From NCBI GenBank assembly GCA_051362555.1, contig CM120641.1, forward strand, positions 12,958,001 through 13,022,000: DNA of 64,000 nucleotides, given 5' to 3'. Position numbers and translations under genes: made by a program. Origin of the DNA: Lingula anatina. Lineage: Eukaryota; Animalia; Brachiopoda. Positions 14,795 through 27,288 of this stretch are shown here, one piece after another. Position 1 is the first letter of the stretch, and each line of letters opens with the position of its first letter. The notes under the pieces are model-generated. The model was given only the letters and a program-made list of their open reading frames with translations. It was not told where the DNA came from and made no database searches.

Positions 14795-15249
14795 CACCTT
14801 TTTGATTTAATTTTATAGATTTTTTGTTGGTGTGACAGTAAACTAAACGCGGTATAGAATACAGTGTATATCTTAAAAGTAGTCACTCGGCTGTTCAATT
14901 AAAGTTGCTCACGGCCTACAAGCATATAATGAGTAGGAAGGCATTATAATTTCTTGATGTACCTGGAACAGCCAGAATAATCAACTGTAAAAGTAATGTG
15001 CTGTAGCGCAAAGTGTCCCTGAAACCAGAGATATGCGTCATTATTGCTGCACGCAATCTTTGAGCCCAAAAATGCCTCAACATGTGCCTCCTGACTGCAA
15101 ATGGTTCAGCGTCCTTCTTGTCAATCATGCGCACTTCAATTTGGCACCATAACATACACCTTTATGAAAACCATGTAGCTTTATGAGAGAACAGTTTCAT
15201 TAGCTCTGTATGTATCAATTTAAATTATTGTTTTTCTTTTTATCAAGAG

Positions 15250-15394
15250 CTTACAAAATATGTGGGTATTACCTGATTAGGGGCAATTGACCCGGATTTT
15301 CATTCCAGGTGAAATGACCCTAGTCATTTACTCCCTGATGATGGTGACTGACAGTCACAGAAATATTGGAGGTAATACCCACATATTTTGTAAG
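15250..15394. mobile_element. 145-bp MITE-like element with perfect 25-bp inverted repeats
   Basis: CTTACAAAATATGTGGGTATTACCT at 15250-15274 and its exact reverse complement at 15370-15394. No clear TSD. Confidence 0.65.
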
Positions 15395-15640
15395 TTTAAA
15401 ACATTTTCCACTTAAATTAGAAATCGTTGGGATGGAATGTACATAGGCTACATCTTTTTGCGTAAAACATTACACTTTTATCATTATTTCTTTATTTTAA
15501 TGTCTTGAAAATAAGCTAATTTTAACAATGATTGCATGTATTATAAAAGCGTATGCTTTATTGACACAATCCCAGCTTTTTCGGTATAGTTGGCAAAAAT
15601 GTAACATTTGTGAAGACATTTTCATCTGCTACCTGTTGCA

Positions 15641-15781
15641 GTCTTTCTCGGTGCTGTCGACCTTGTTTGGCCACTAGGTGGAGACATGGGCAAAAATGAC
15701 GTTATAACTTGGCCTGTGTAGGCCTGTGTGCCAGTCTCATCACCTAGAGTGTGAAACAAGGATTAAAGTAGCGAGGAAGAC
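15641..15781. repeat. Decayed palindromic MITE-like element
   Basis: Imperfect arms: GTCTTTCTCG..CCTTGTTT..CACTAGGTG.GAGAC pairs with GTCTC..CACCTAG..AAACAAGG..CGAGGAAGAC. Confidence 0.5.
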
Positions 15782-17252
15782 TGTTAGACATGACGCAATA
15801 CATCAAGGAGAATTTATTATCTTATCACTGAATGGTTAAGTTTTGGCAGGCCTACCGATGGCCTCGTTTTTAAGTTTGTGGATGAAAATGTTTTTACGTC
15901 CACATAGGTTTCCTTTATCCTCTACCAGAGCAGCCGATTAAATATGTGCACTTTCTCACAGCAGAGAATCGTGTCATTAATACCCAGAGACATATCTGTG
16001 AATATCTAGTGAAAAATCCATCTGTGACCCTGGTAGAGGGTAGGATTTTCTGCATCAGTTGTGCGATGCGCCAAACTTCGATGAGGTGTATTTAATTGTA
16101 AACATCCAACTTCTAACTTAATGGTTGTACTACGGACGCAGCTATACTGCTGTCATGATAGAGATATTGCCATTACATTAGAATAAATCAAACCAAAAAA
16201 TTCAATGAAAGTGTCTTTGATGCTCTTTTTGTTTTCAGCAGGAATGCGTTCAGGTTTAGATCAACGTTATCGTTAGATAACGTCGCCGGGCCTAGACAAA
16301 TGCACATTAACTGTATAATGTTTCCTTCTAATCAAATTAATCCAGCGATTCCTGGTGCCCGGGGTTGGGTTTTTACGGGGACATTTCATGTGACTTCGTC
16401 GTCTAAAGTAGCGGAATGTTTCCTTCCAATAATCCGTACTTTTTCTCAATGCCACGACTGAGGCCATGCTTTACGATAGGAAATAACTGAAACGTTTCAA
16501 GTTTTGCTATCTTATTTGGAATAAATTTATAAGGGTGCATATGATGTAAAACAGATAACTATAAACGATAATGTAGTTTTATTTAACTAAGCATTTCCCA
16601 GTAATTGACTATTTAGTTGACTTTAGAATTTTAAGACACGTTGTTCGTGATTTTAGATGATACATGTGTTTTAGATTTACAAGTTTTTATCTTAAATCTT
16701 TACATTGTACACAAAAGGACGAACGTTGAGCGAGATTTTAAAGTACACATTATTATCATCATTTTCTTAAGTCAGGCTAAGTGCACGACAAATAAAGATA
16801 TGTCTTACACTGCATGTTATTTTAGGGTTAATAAGATGATGATTTTTTTTATTATTGGTACATTTCTGAGGATGTTTTATATTAAGCTTTTTGTTTCATT
16901 TTCAAATCGCACAAACTGTCATTTAACTTTTAACTTTAAAATTTTTCTTTGGTTTTCACATATGAGATTATTTCACAGAAGTATCAAGCAACTGAATCAA
17001 TTTAAAGTTTTACTCTAAAATTTTCACGACCACCTGTTGAAAGTTTTGCCAATTTAGAATAACCAGTAAAGCGAATAATGACACACACACCAATTAATAA
17101 TTCTTATGTCTTGGAACAGAAACCCTTAAGTAATATTTATTTCTTCTTTGTCGTGAATGTATATACAAAAACCGAGACTCGTTGCTCAACCGAGCACTAC
17201 AGTAAAACCAAGTGTGTAAAGTGCATTTGTCTGTATATGTTCAGAGGTAGGG

Positions 17253-17496
17253 CAGTGGCGGATTTAGAGGGGGGGGTCTGAAAAAAAATCACACTAATGG
17301 TAACCTCTTGAAATTAGAATTTTGACTAGCTTAATCATAGTTCTAAACCGTAAAAATGGCATTGTTCGCCCTCTAAAATACTAAAAATTTTCGTGCCCTA
17401 ACTCCATGTCAAAGGGAGGGGGGGGTGAGAGTCGGCTTCGCATCCGCAGACCCCCCCCCCCCCCCCCCCCTTCAAATAATCCTAGATCCGCCCCTG
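17253..17496. mobile_element. CAG...CTG non-autonomous DNA element with poly-G/poly-C tracts and an approximate 5-bp TSD
   Basis: TIR CAGTGGCGGATTTAG / CTAGATCCGCCCCTG. Flanks TAGGG and TTGGG (1 mismatch). Confidence 0.75.
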
Positions 17497-18784
17497 TTGG
17501 GGAAAGTGTTTGCATCAATGACAACGTGGAAATGCACTTTAGGCGCTTTCTGTCAGAATGACGAAATGCGTTCCCCAATATTTAGTAAACTGATTTTTTC
17601 CTTTAAATGTCAGAGTAGGGAGTATAATTTTTCAATATATTGCGAGGGAAGAGGGTTTGCGTCATTCGCTAATCATTCATCGGGTTTTAGTGTGGCGTTT
17701 CAATTGTAATCCTTGATAGGCGAGTTGACGCTTCCGTATTGCTTATCATGCCTGTTAGGTCCGTATGGGTTTTGTCCGTTTACCTTCACATCGCGATTAG
17801 TTTTTACTGTTTTACCACCAACAAAAACAAACGAAAGTAAACAATTGCTGTGGTATAGTTTATGTAAATTAAACTACTTTTAAACCCTAGGATGTCTTCG
17901 GTGCCAATCTACCAGAATGTTTCTTTAACCATCATTTTTAACGCGCACAGTGTATCGGCTCATATTAGCTAGATCGGTTCAGCTAATACAATCTCCAGTG
18001 CATAGCTTCATCATACGATACAAAAGAGATATACAGGGAAATAACTAGGTCAATCCATGAAAGGGCAGCCATCTCGCCTGACTCATATTATTTAGCGAGA
18101 AAAAGCTGAAAAGGAAGAGTAAAGTGTCCGTACCGGTCGGATACAGGGCAGTGACAGGGCTGGATACAGAGCGACCTGTCAGAATCCATACTGTTGATGA
18201 AGGAAGGAGAACACAACAGACGTAGCTTAGACTTGTCCTGAATAATTCCGCACCCAATTTGAAAGGTAAGTCAAAATTCTTTGAGGTCTATTTGATGGGA
18301 CTGTATGGGTGTGAAATACAGGCAGAAATGTCTTCAAATGGAAGGCGTTCCCCTTTCAGGTTACTTGAGTGTGATGATGTGAGAACATTCTGATTTTAAG
18401 CAAACTTTCTGATTGATCGAGGAATTATAAACGAGTTCTAATCTAATCAGGGTTTTAACTGTAGCCTACATAGGTGCATTAGAGTGACAGTCCACACAGC
18501 ACAGACAGCATTCCTACCACACGTAACACATGTTTTAACATTCTTTAAAAAGAACATTATATCAGAGGAGCTAGGTAAACATTCCTCTCTGGGGCAGGAC
18601 CACTTCGTTTTATCCTGTACGCAAAACAACTACTATAGGAAACACTACACTATTGCGTGTAGAGCAGTTTGTCATTTGCCAGTTATCCCCAGAGAACATT
18701 CATCATTTAGATTACCTCATAATCACTCCTATTTATGCAAACATTTTGGTGCGTAGTGCAGTTTATCATATCACGTTTTTTCAG

Positions 18785-18840
18785 GGAATCAGACCGGGGA
18801 ATAGCCAACGTGCGCAGGGATTGGACATCTTTAAAGCCAG
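18785..18840 (+). other. Probable 5'-UTR exon of the 20298-20906 gene; a further upstream exon may end at the 18265 donor
   Basis: Acceptor TTTTTCAG|G at 18785 and donor CAG|GTACGT at 18840. Strong donor AAG|GTAAGT at 18265/18266. Splicing both exons places an in-frame TGA upstream of the 20298 ATG. Confidence 0.45.
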
Positions 18841-20297
18841 GTACGTAATTTCGATGTTCTACCTAGCAAGCAAAAGTATTTCAGACAATAACTTTTGATA
18901 TTTGGCCTACACGTCTCTATACACTCTGAATTTTTAAATGAAAAAATTCGATCCCAAGATCGGCAGGTGCTTAGCATTATCCAGTTTCATGTGGAAGGGC
19001 GGCTATTCTGGTTATGGTCCACTCTCTCAAGCTAGGCACGTTATACATGTAATGGAGATGTTAGGGAGTCCACAGTCCTATAGACATCCCACTTGAACAG
19101 TGGTCAATGAGAGGTATTTATTACTTCCATGGCCATTGTGCACGTACTGGAGACAAAAAGATATAAAACGAGGAAAGACAAAAGGCCTACTCCGAAGTTC
19201 GACCAAATCCCGTTATCTTTCGATAAGGGCCAAACAGCCTATGGAATAATGCAGTTTTGATAACACATACCATAAAACGTACTTGACAAAATTTAACAAG
19301 CTTATCTTTTCTTAGATAAATGAACAATAATGACAAATTTGAAGGCAAATAGGCTTTTGATTAACACATTATAAGCGTGTTTTTGATAATCCTCTTATAA
19401 GTTGGACATTCAAATTTAAACATTGAAATGATAAAATATCTCTTGAATCTGTAAAAAAGGTGAAACACGCATGGGGGAGGCGTCTAAAATGCGAATAGAA
19501 TTCTGCACTTCGCCAATACATCTCCCAACAATATCTTTGTGACTAAAGTTTAGTGGTAGATGTTGAACTCATTCATGAGGAATTAAAATAAGGTGAATGC
19601 TATGTAGGCAAGGATGTGTAGGACGTTGGGTCACTGAATCTATTACACGTTGATGAGATGGTATGTGTAAAGCCGCCTACTCTTAACGTCATCAAAACCA
19701 TTATTAAACTGCAGTAGGAAAATGACCTTTAGTGGTGTAAAAATAGCGAGATGACGCGAAAAGTGTCGTCTGCTAGTCGTAGAAGTACGTGACATCGAGT
19801 CACGCATTGTCTTAAAGCAAAAAAAAAAAAAAAAAAAAAAAAAATACACCGAAAGACATACCTTTCGTTAGTCAGTTGCTGGATATAAATGACCATGAAA
19901 ATGTCAAGTCTTAAAAAAAGGAGAAATACCACTTGGTGCCATTGTAATTTCCCAGGGCCATATTTCGAGACCAAACCAGTAATTAATATTATTGGGTCTT
20001 CATTCATTCATTTATTCATTATATCGGACACGCCCCTCTCGCTAGGGAAACATTTCTCCGACTTATTAATTCCAAATGGAACTATCGGACTGTCTAATTC
20101 CAGTGACATATTAATCCAGTTCTTAACGTGATTACCTGTATGTCTGTTTCCTTTCTACCAGGAAGTAGTTTGTAACATTTGTCATTAAAAATTATTAATT
20201 TGCATTTAAACGTTTTATCACCAAACTGATCAATGATTCTTTTCATATTAGAACCTTAGATAGACTTATGTGTAATTATTTTTTCAGCAACTCTAAA

Positions 20298-20906
20298 ATG
20301 GCGAGTCGTGATAGAACAAGTTTGCGAACCATTCCTGAATTATCAACAACTCCAGATGAAACCGAACAAGCCAATCTGCTCAGGTTTCTTGGTTTCCCAA
20401 TGGACGAAGTTGCTGGAGACAGCGCCGACCTCTCAGAAAGAGCACACAATCTGCAGCTGACGTGCGAGAGAGAATTCGGCGGGGATTTTGCTGCTGTTGT
20501 CAAAAAGAAACCGGCAAACGTGAACTTCGTTTTGGAACACCAAAAGGGCTGGTACAGAGAGGAATGGTTCGGAGATTACCAATATATAATCTGGAAGCAG
20601 TCTGAAGGACAGAAACCAAAAGCAAACATCAAGCCAGACCTCTTCATTGCCTTGGTGAACAGTTTTGCCAATCTCTGCGGTGAAGAAGCAGAAGGGGAGT
20701 ATTCGGACTGTCTGCAGCGAGCAAGCTACATAAAGAAGAAATTACAAGATGCAACGGGAACAAGCACAATGTGTGTGTACTGTATGCATGAAAAACACGG
20801 CGGCGTTGGCTGGAGCTACGACCACATGCTGGGATACAAGTACATAACTGAGTATTTAGATGATTATAAGTACGGCGCGTGGATATATCGAGAGCCACCC
20901 AAATAG
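20298..20906 (+). CDS. Uncharacterised 202-aa protein, apparently two tandem dynein-light-chain (LC8)/ground-like domains; single coding exon
   Basis: Acceptor TTTTTCAG| at 20287, then AAAATGG start context. Coding-like GC composition relative to AT-rich flanks; AATAAA at 21153. Internal repeat: RAHNLQLTCEREFGGDFAAVV...FGDYQYIIWK and RASYIKKKLQDATGTSTMCVY...LDDYKYGAWIYR. The gene is well supported; the fold assignment is inference. Confidence 0.8.
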   Translation: MASRDRTSLRTIPELSTTPDETEQANLLRFLGFPMDEVAGDSADLSERAHNLQLTCEREFGGDFAAVVKKKPANVNFVLEHQKGWYREEWFGDYQYIIWKQSEGQKPKANIKPDLFIALVNSFANLCGEEAEGEYSDCLQRASYIKKKLQDATGTSTMCVYCMHEKHGGVGWSYDHMLGYKYITEYLDDYKYGAWIYREPPK

Positions 20907-22439
20907 AGCGGAGTGTGAAACTGTAATTTTGTATCATATCTTGGCTCACAGTGGAAACGTATCTGTATAGTTTGTGATAAATCTAGGTCTTTGTGTCTGT
21001 GTCTGAAAAACTGATGGAAACGCATTCTGCAAAGCAGAAAATTCTGACAAATGTATGAAATCCGCGGTGCTAAAGACGGACGTAATAGCATATTGTTCAA
21101 AAGAGTCGTGTGCAATAACATTATTTCACTGCGTTATTTCTAGACTGCAATTAATAAAAGGAAATCGAAATTAATTTTGGCGGTCTAGTATTTGCCAATA
21201 GCGAAGTTTTCATAAGTTTGAAAGTAGGTTGATTGATGGTAAAATACCAATAGAAAAAAATGGACTATTTTTATTGAAACCAAATTATTGCAGATAAGAC
21301 AAGTTCGTGTCTGCTATCACATTATTTAAAGGTCCTCTGCGTTTCAACGACTCTTAAATAAAAAATACAAATAGTTCGAGAAAGATTTAAAATCAAACTG
21401 ATGTTCGTATTTGTACTTAACTAGACTCTTTGAACTATTCGCATTTGCAACCAAGTTGACTAATAATTTCCATGAATCGGGAAGCAGTAAATCAATATCT
21501 TCATCACTCAACTTACCGAGAAACTAATGTGGCGAAGTAATATGCCCCAGACGTCTGAGGGTTCTAATTATTTATTTATCTACTAATGCAGACAAAGGTT
21601 ATAACAGCAAGTAATTACTTTTTGTGTAAATTTTATGAATCCGTAAAAGACCTAAATATAAAGCCTACGTCTAGTGTTAGGCAGGTTGTTTTACTGATAA
21701 CTGCTTTGAGACCTACTGTTAGACTACGTGTCATTTGATTACATAAATAACGCAAAAGTATCATCGTTAACAGAAATCTCTTATTAAATAAAGAAATTGG
21801 CTGTACGTTTTAGATCAAGCTTCTTGAAATTATTGAGCAACAACACATCTGAAAAGAAAATAACTTTTGTAAACAGAAACGTAGGTATTTGAAAGCATAA
21901 TTTTGCCATTGGTCGACCATGATTTAACTACTCGTTAGTGTGACAATAAAAAACGCTAAATTCCTCTAGTCTTTCAGTTTAATGTGAAAAAATACACGGG
22001 ATAACGGAAACTTAAATCATCCTTAACTGTGTACAGAACATTCGTAGCTTTATCTGTTTATATGTATTCAATAACTAGTAACCGATCAGTTAACTTTCAA
22101 TAACCAAAGATGTGTACTGCTAAGCTGATTGTACATTTTGCTAAAGAGTTTTAAGGGACTATATCTGATATGTGAAGAAATAAAGCATATTAAACTGTGT
22201 TGTTAAGTATTGAGGATGTAATTTCAAAGCAAAATTGGTCTGTGTGTGCGTGGGGGGGGGGGGGGGGGGGCAAAACCTGGTTATATCGGAAAGACCTTTA
22301 AATAATACTTTTCGATATTTAAACATGTAACGGGCAACTACAATATCATATGGCAGAAATTAAATCGGTGTCAAACTGTGACACTTGACCGGGACTGAAG
22401 GCATGGAGTTTCAGTGTGTTATGATTTTTTTAAAAGTAC

Positions 22440-22940
22440 ACTGTAGGAAAATAGTTCACAAACCTCTGTCTCCAAATCACAAAAGTTTGAACTTCTTCCA
22501 CGGTCTAGGAGTTACCAGAAATTACAATGTGAGAAAAATTTAGAATCAATTACCCCCCCCCCCCCTCCCCGAACAGCCCAACCCCAAATAGCACTGCAAT
22601 TCTGAAGTGCTTATATGTTTATATTATGCACATCCTTGATGATAGGTCTACCAATTCCCAAAGTTTGAACTTTATCACTATAATGGTCTAGGAGGAGAAA
22701 TCAGAAATTACAATGTAAAACAATTAGAATTATTCCCCCCTCGCCCCCCCCACTCCCCCCCATGGACAGCCAAGCCCCCAGACACAGTAAAATCCAAACG
22801 TGCCCATGCAATTCCCTTGTGATATGTCTATAAAGTTTCAATTTCCTCACTCTAATGATTTAGGAGTTCACAGAAATTACCATGTGAATTAAGAATTATC
22901 CACCCCCCAGGGGCAGCCCCAACCCCCAGTTGCCCTAAGA
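22440..22940 (+). repeat. Helentron/HINE-like dispersed repeat with ~3 tandem ~170-180-bp subunits
   Basis: Motif AAAGTTT(G/C)AA.TT...(T/C)GGTCTAGGAG...AGAAATTAC...poly-C...CAGCC recurs at ~22482, ~22661 and ~22832. The same unit occurs at 37262-37820. Confidence 0.65.
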
Positions 22941-25621
22941 CAGCATTCAGATAGACCCAGCTTGGTCCATCCAACTCTGCAGGGGATTTTTTCTAAGTGC
23001 AATCAGTAGAATCAGCTTAATAGTCTGACATGCCTCCTGGAGCAGGTAGGGGGTAATTAACAAGTAAGGTAAAGTCCTACCAAATGGTACTAAACACATA
23101 TTCCAAGGAACTTTGATATGAAGGACTTGTGTGTCCAATGGTGCAAACAAACACAAAGTTCACCCTTAGAATAAATTATTTATTAACCACATCACAGAAA
23201 AGACCTCCTTTTTTAAAACTTTTGAAACAAATTTAACCAAATCCAGCAGCCTAACAATATAATTATTTTTGCCATTTTTGTATTTAAAACAATGGTACTA
23301 ACTCAAACAATAATGCAATACACATACAACAATAAAATGATGAAAGACTAGACTAAGCGGAGTTCATAGCAGGAGAAATGAACTTGGGGGAAAAAAGCAG
23401 CTGATTGAGGGAAGCAGATCTTTCGTTGCTATGAGTGGGCATGCAATATAATTATTGGTACTTGCCATCAAATAAGGTTTTGTCCCTACCCTCCCTACAT
23501 CCCTCCCCTTGGCTTAAAGGCTTCTTACTTGGCCATTACACAGAAAATACTTTCCATTTTCAAAGGAGAAACCTTATTTGACAACAAGGACTTTTTTCAA
23601 TGCAATTCACCCATGTTTAAAAGGGAATGAAATGGCCACCTGTATGGGTGCACTTTAGGTTTCAAAGAAGCAAATGAAATTAGAACTTGTATGGCTTAAC
23701 TTGAGAAACAAATTCCAAGTTGCACTACCTGTTAGACACTTGGCTCAACTGTGATTAAATTGTACCAAGGGAAGTCATGCAATCCTAAGATGCCAAGGCA
23801 CTGATGGTTTTTGGCCTCAATTCATGGTACACACAATTTTATTTGATTAACAATGTACCTTTCATTTTGAGAATTCCCAGAGGAACTTGTGTCTTAGTGC
23901 ATTTTAGCATGCCTACATAATATGTGCCCACTCGGTTTATGATTTCAGAACTGCAAAAGCGTGAGAAAAAGCAAACTTTACCTCTAACCAAGAGGAGGGG
24001 AGGTTTATGTGGGGTGAAGAAGGGTGGCAATTTCATCCTTGTGAAATACCTATCACAATACATCCATAGCTACACTTGCTACTGAGCAGAGAACACTTGG
24101 ATCCCTCTAATTAATACCAGCAGCAACTGTATCACACACTAACATAATAGTCTGTTGTATCAAAATGATGCATCAATATATGATGGTTAAATCAAACATA
24201 CTTTATATTGCAGCCTCCCCAATCCTGTTGGAATGTCAAGTTGTATCACTGGGCTTTGAGCTAACTTGTGATGTATAAGACAATGATAATTTCAAGTGCA
24301 AAAGATTACATGTTAGTTTATACTCACAAAATATAATTAAACTATATAATTATTTACTCACAAAATAAATGGCAAACATAACCATAAGAGGTAATTGTTA
24401 AAATTAAGTAAAATACAACCTGCTTTCCCTTTTCATTTTTGTCTGATAATGTACAGACATAAAGCCAAAAATTATGATAACAGTGCAAAAAAAAACATTA
24501 CATAATGTGTAACAATATAATCACCACTAATTTTAATTATGTTATAGTGTTAATGTGGGCATTCAGAAAATGTAACTGGCATGGGCCTTAAAATACTGCA
24601 TAAGTTTAAAAAATGACCCAGATAAAACTGCTATTCAAAACTGTATTTATGGGTCACTGCAGTATGATTGTGAATAATAAAGAACATGGTTATCCATTTA
24701 TTGTGTTAACAGTGAAAAATTGCTCCATGATGATAGACATCGACAATGACAGACAGTGGCATGTTGTGTCAGTACATAAAAAACTTAACTGAACTTAATA
24801 TAATTCCCTAATTTAACTAACATTACTTCCATATGTGAGTGTAAAGAGTTGTACCTGATTACTGACTACCATGAAATTACTGAAATGTTGTTTAGAAGTT
24901 GACATAAAAATAAGACCCTGAAGTTTGAAAACAATGTTACCACAAATCACAAAGGCATTTCATGGAGAAATCTGTCTAGAAAATGCACCTTTATGCAACG
25001 TTTCAATTGTTGTAAGATTTCAGATTGACTTTGGTTTCTACATTTAAGTGTATAGTAATTACTTTTCTAATTCATAACTTAGTTATATTTAATACATTAT
25101 AAAATTGGGTGTAAATTAACACCATAATATGAGATCACATACAATGTCTGCTTACACAGTTTCCAATGTGCATCAAAGAAAATATTGAAAAATCAACATC
25201 ACATCAGGGATTCCTGATATAATCAAACCTGCCAATTATGTCTTATTGCACCTTTAAAAAAATCAATAACAATGATAAATAATAATAAAATAATGAATCA
25301 AATTAAAACAAATAAAAGAAAAAAATCTTACAACCCCTTCATTGCATACAACACACATTACTTGATAGATGCTGTACCTATTCTAAATTTTTGAAATAAA
25401 AAAATCTATGAATAACTTTTTTCTTTATGAGTAATAAAGAAATGTTGAAGGAGTTTGGTAAACTTAAAGATCAAAATATGACTAAACACAATTTATATCT
25501 ACAACCTCATAGATTGTTTCTTCTTGCATGATTTAATTTATAGACCAATATTTATAATTATGAAGTCTAGAATACATGAACTTAGCATAATTTAGTTGCT
25601 ACTTACAGGGTAAAATGTTAA

Positions 25622-25989
25622 GGGTACTGTCAGGGTTAGCCAAAAACAACGGATTTACTACCTTACAAACAATTTCTTGGATAATGGATGAATCTTCAAT
25701 GCTCATCGACTTGATATCTTAGCAGTTACATCAATGCCATTGTACTGATGACATCATAATTGTGATTTTGGGGTAAAAATTGCAAAATCGGTTTCTCAAT
25801 TTTCTCCTTTACCTGATGACCCACAAACACCGTTCCAATGCCAAATTAATGTCAGGAATTAAAGCCCTGCCAGTGATTTTACTTAAAAGCCTTAGTTCAG
25901 ATTATATCATTAATAAATCAAAATAATTATAAGATACACGAAAAAACTCATTTTCGGTATTTTGATGATCAAAAACCCTGTCAGTACCC
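25622..25989. mobile_element. TTAA-flanked non-autonomous DNA transposon (Kolobok-like), 368 bp
   Basis: TTAA|GGGTACTGTCAGGGTT ... AACCCTGTCAGTACCC|TTAA; 16-bp TIR with 1 mismatch. RR...YY ends with a TTAA TSD fit Kolobok rather than piggyBac (CC...GG). Confidence 0.8.
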
Positions 25990-26787
25990 TTAAATCATAC
26001 TAAGGATCTCTAGCTAGTGGAATTATAAATGTATTTCTTTAGTTCACTGTTATTTTCACAAGGATATCACAGTTTAAATTGAATGTTAACAATAAAATGC
26101 ATGTATAACCTTTATATTTATTTTACCTTAGCTTTTGCCCACCTGTAAATGATTGCTTGAAAAAAAAAATCAATTAATTAGGCTGCTTATCAGATTCTAG
26201 TCACAGCAGCATTCTAAGTGATACGTTTTTTACTACCTAGTTGACCCAATTTGATTAATGGCATTGAACTAAATCAAATCTTGATTCATAAAATCTTGAC
26301 TTATAGCCATTGCATATTACAACAATCTTATTGGACTTTTTACAGCTGCTCCATGTTCTTAAAATAATATAAATTCATGACAACCATAAAACAAAAATAG
26401 AGGATCAAATATGGTCCACCACCACATTGTAGACTTATAAGTATATTAAAATATACATGTTGACATATAACTATACCATATTTGTGTAAAAATAAACATA
26501 TGAACTCTGCACAACAAGTGCACTACATGCGTGCCATACTTAGACAATAGTATCACAGAAACAGGATAGACCTACAAAACCGCTTTACTGTATAATAATG
26601 AACATAACATCAAAGATTTCAAGTAGTTCAGAGCTGATATCATAGTACCTCTCAGAGAGGTTGATAGTAGTTCAGAGGATGGAAAACTGCCTTATTTCAG
26701 AATCAAAATTACCTACAACTTGGTGAGCTAATCATTAATATTGAACTGTTATGGTCTGATGGTCTTTGAAAACTACCTGCACACTTT

Positions 26788-26980
26788 GGGTGCTTTCCCA
26801 GAGATTTAGATCGATCTAAAAATTAAGTTAAATTGCAGTCAGCCGAGCGGACACCATAGTTAATTACCCCCTTACAGCGTATAGTGGGCGGGACAGACGC
26901 TTAAGCCGGCCAAGCTGACAGTAATACAGTGAGACTCCCCACAGGGATAGATCGATCTAAAAATCTATGGAAATGGGGTG
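26788..26980 (-). mobile_element. MITE family A, copy 1 (diverged), in the probable nuclear-receptor 3' UTR
   Basis: Shares the core GTCAGCCGAGCGGACAC..TTAATTACCCCCTTACAGC and the TAGATCGATCTA subterminal palindromes with the copies at 37886, 41056 and 60111. Confidence 0.85.
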
Positions 26981-27288
26981 TATGTCTTTGGCAAATAGGA
27001 ATAATGATTGGGTCTGACTAAAGAAATTAATAACTTCCACTTCTTTCTAGCACTAGCAGCAATATAAAGAAATAAATACATTCAAAATATCTGAAGTATT
27101 AATAGTTTTCAGAGAATTAGAAGTATTTTTAGTACAGTTCTGCACTGACTAAAACAAAATATTTAACTCAAATAATATCATACTGTAATAAATATTTGCA
27201 ACAGTTTCACGTTTGTACTAGAGTTCTTAATTGTTCTTATCTGTGTCACAGGACATTTTTTATGATGTCTTTCCAACTATTTCCTGTA

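Noticed and set aside
15668-15685. CTCF-like motif TGGCCACTAGGTGGAGAC between two genes
   Set aside because: It mismatches a core C and lies in one arm of a decayed palindromic repeat, so an insulator role cannot be supported.
18045-18265. GC-balanced segment that could be a coding exon of the LC8-like gene
   Set aside because: An in-frame TGA lies just before the donor and other frames also stop; treated as probable 5' UTR.
20276-21121. Minus-strand ORFs overlapping the 202-aa gene
   Set aside because: Antisense shadows with no recognisable motifs.
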